In this document: positions 53,884-53,937 of the stretch, in pieces | Numbering within the stretch: position 1 is the first letter of the stretch | Layout of the letters: each line of letters starts with the position of its first letter | Source: Candidatus Scalinduaceae bacterium | Lineage (GTDB): Bacteria; Planctomycetota; Brocadiia; Brocadiales; Scalinduaceae | Assembly (NCBI GenBank): GCA_046759445.1 | Contig: JBHICG010000016.1 | Coordinates: 1-53,937, forward strand | Direction: 5' to 3' | Length of the DNA stretch: 53,937 nt | Made by a program: the position numbers and the translations under genes | Notes under the pieces: generated by a model | Told to the model about the DNA's origin: nothing | The model's input: only the letters and a program-made list of their open reading frames with translations | The model's database searches: none

Positions 53884-53937
53884 AATACTGTTCGGCACGA
53901 TAATTTCTAGAATCGAAATATGATATTTATCATACCC

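Noticed and set aside
1..53937. tRNA or rRNA genes and the many short antisense ORFs in the track
   Set aside because: No tRNA or rRNA signatures recognised; the antisense ORFs overlap well-supported genes and lack motifs.

Overview
AT-rich bacterial chromosome segment, probably from an anammox planctomycete (Brocadiales, Scalindua-like). This is an inference from gene content, not a proven assignment. Layout: (1) 0.1-11 kb: a minus-strand defence island (radC, type I R-M hsdR/hsdM/hsdS, Fic, two DUF559 endonucleases each bracketed by its own palindrome family, a PD-(D/E)XK nuclease, an ORF6N pseudogene). (2) 11.9-14.5 kb: an integrase-less integron remnant (attI-like site, vapBC cassette, membrane-protein cassette, two attC sites) joined to a truncated thermonuclease gene and capped by IS630. 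(3) 14.6-50 kb: mostly core metabolism (gltBD, heme-oxygenase-like diiron protein with a sigma-54 promoter, aminotransferase, PAS kinase/sigma-54 regulator, glmS, lpxD, PPIase, hemB, plsY, cysE/cysK, a c-type cytochrome, tandem glcD-like genes). It includes a ThiC-family/B12-radical-SAM/O-methyltransferase/DUF2284 set that looks like an anaerobic benzimidazole (cobamide lower ligand) pathway. (4) 51.5-53.9 kb: small cassette-like genes next to a REP-associated tyrosine transposase (RAYT). The intergenic DNA is dense with interacting small elements: three RAYT genes with inverted ends, a 19-bp-TIR MITE shell with different cargo in each copy, nested palindromes, mini-hairpin insertions, and a two-copy candidate structured RNA. 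All calls come from reading motifs by eye; no searches were run.
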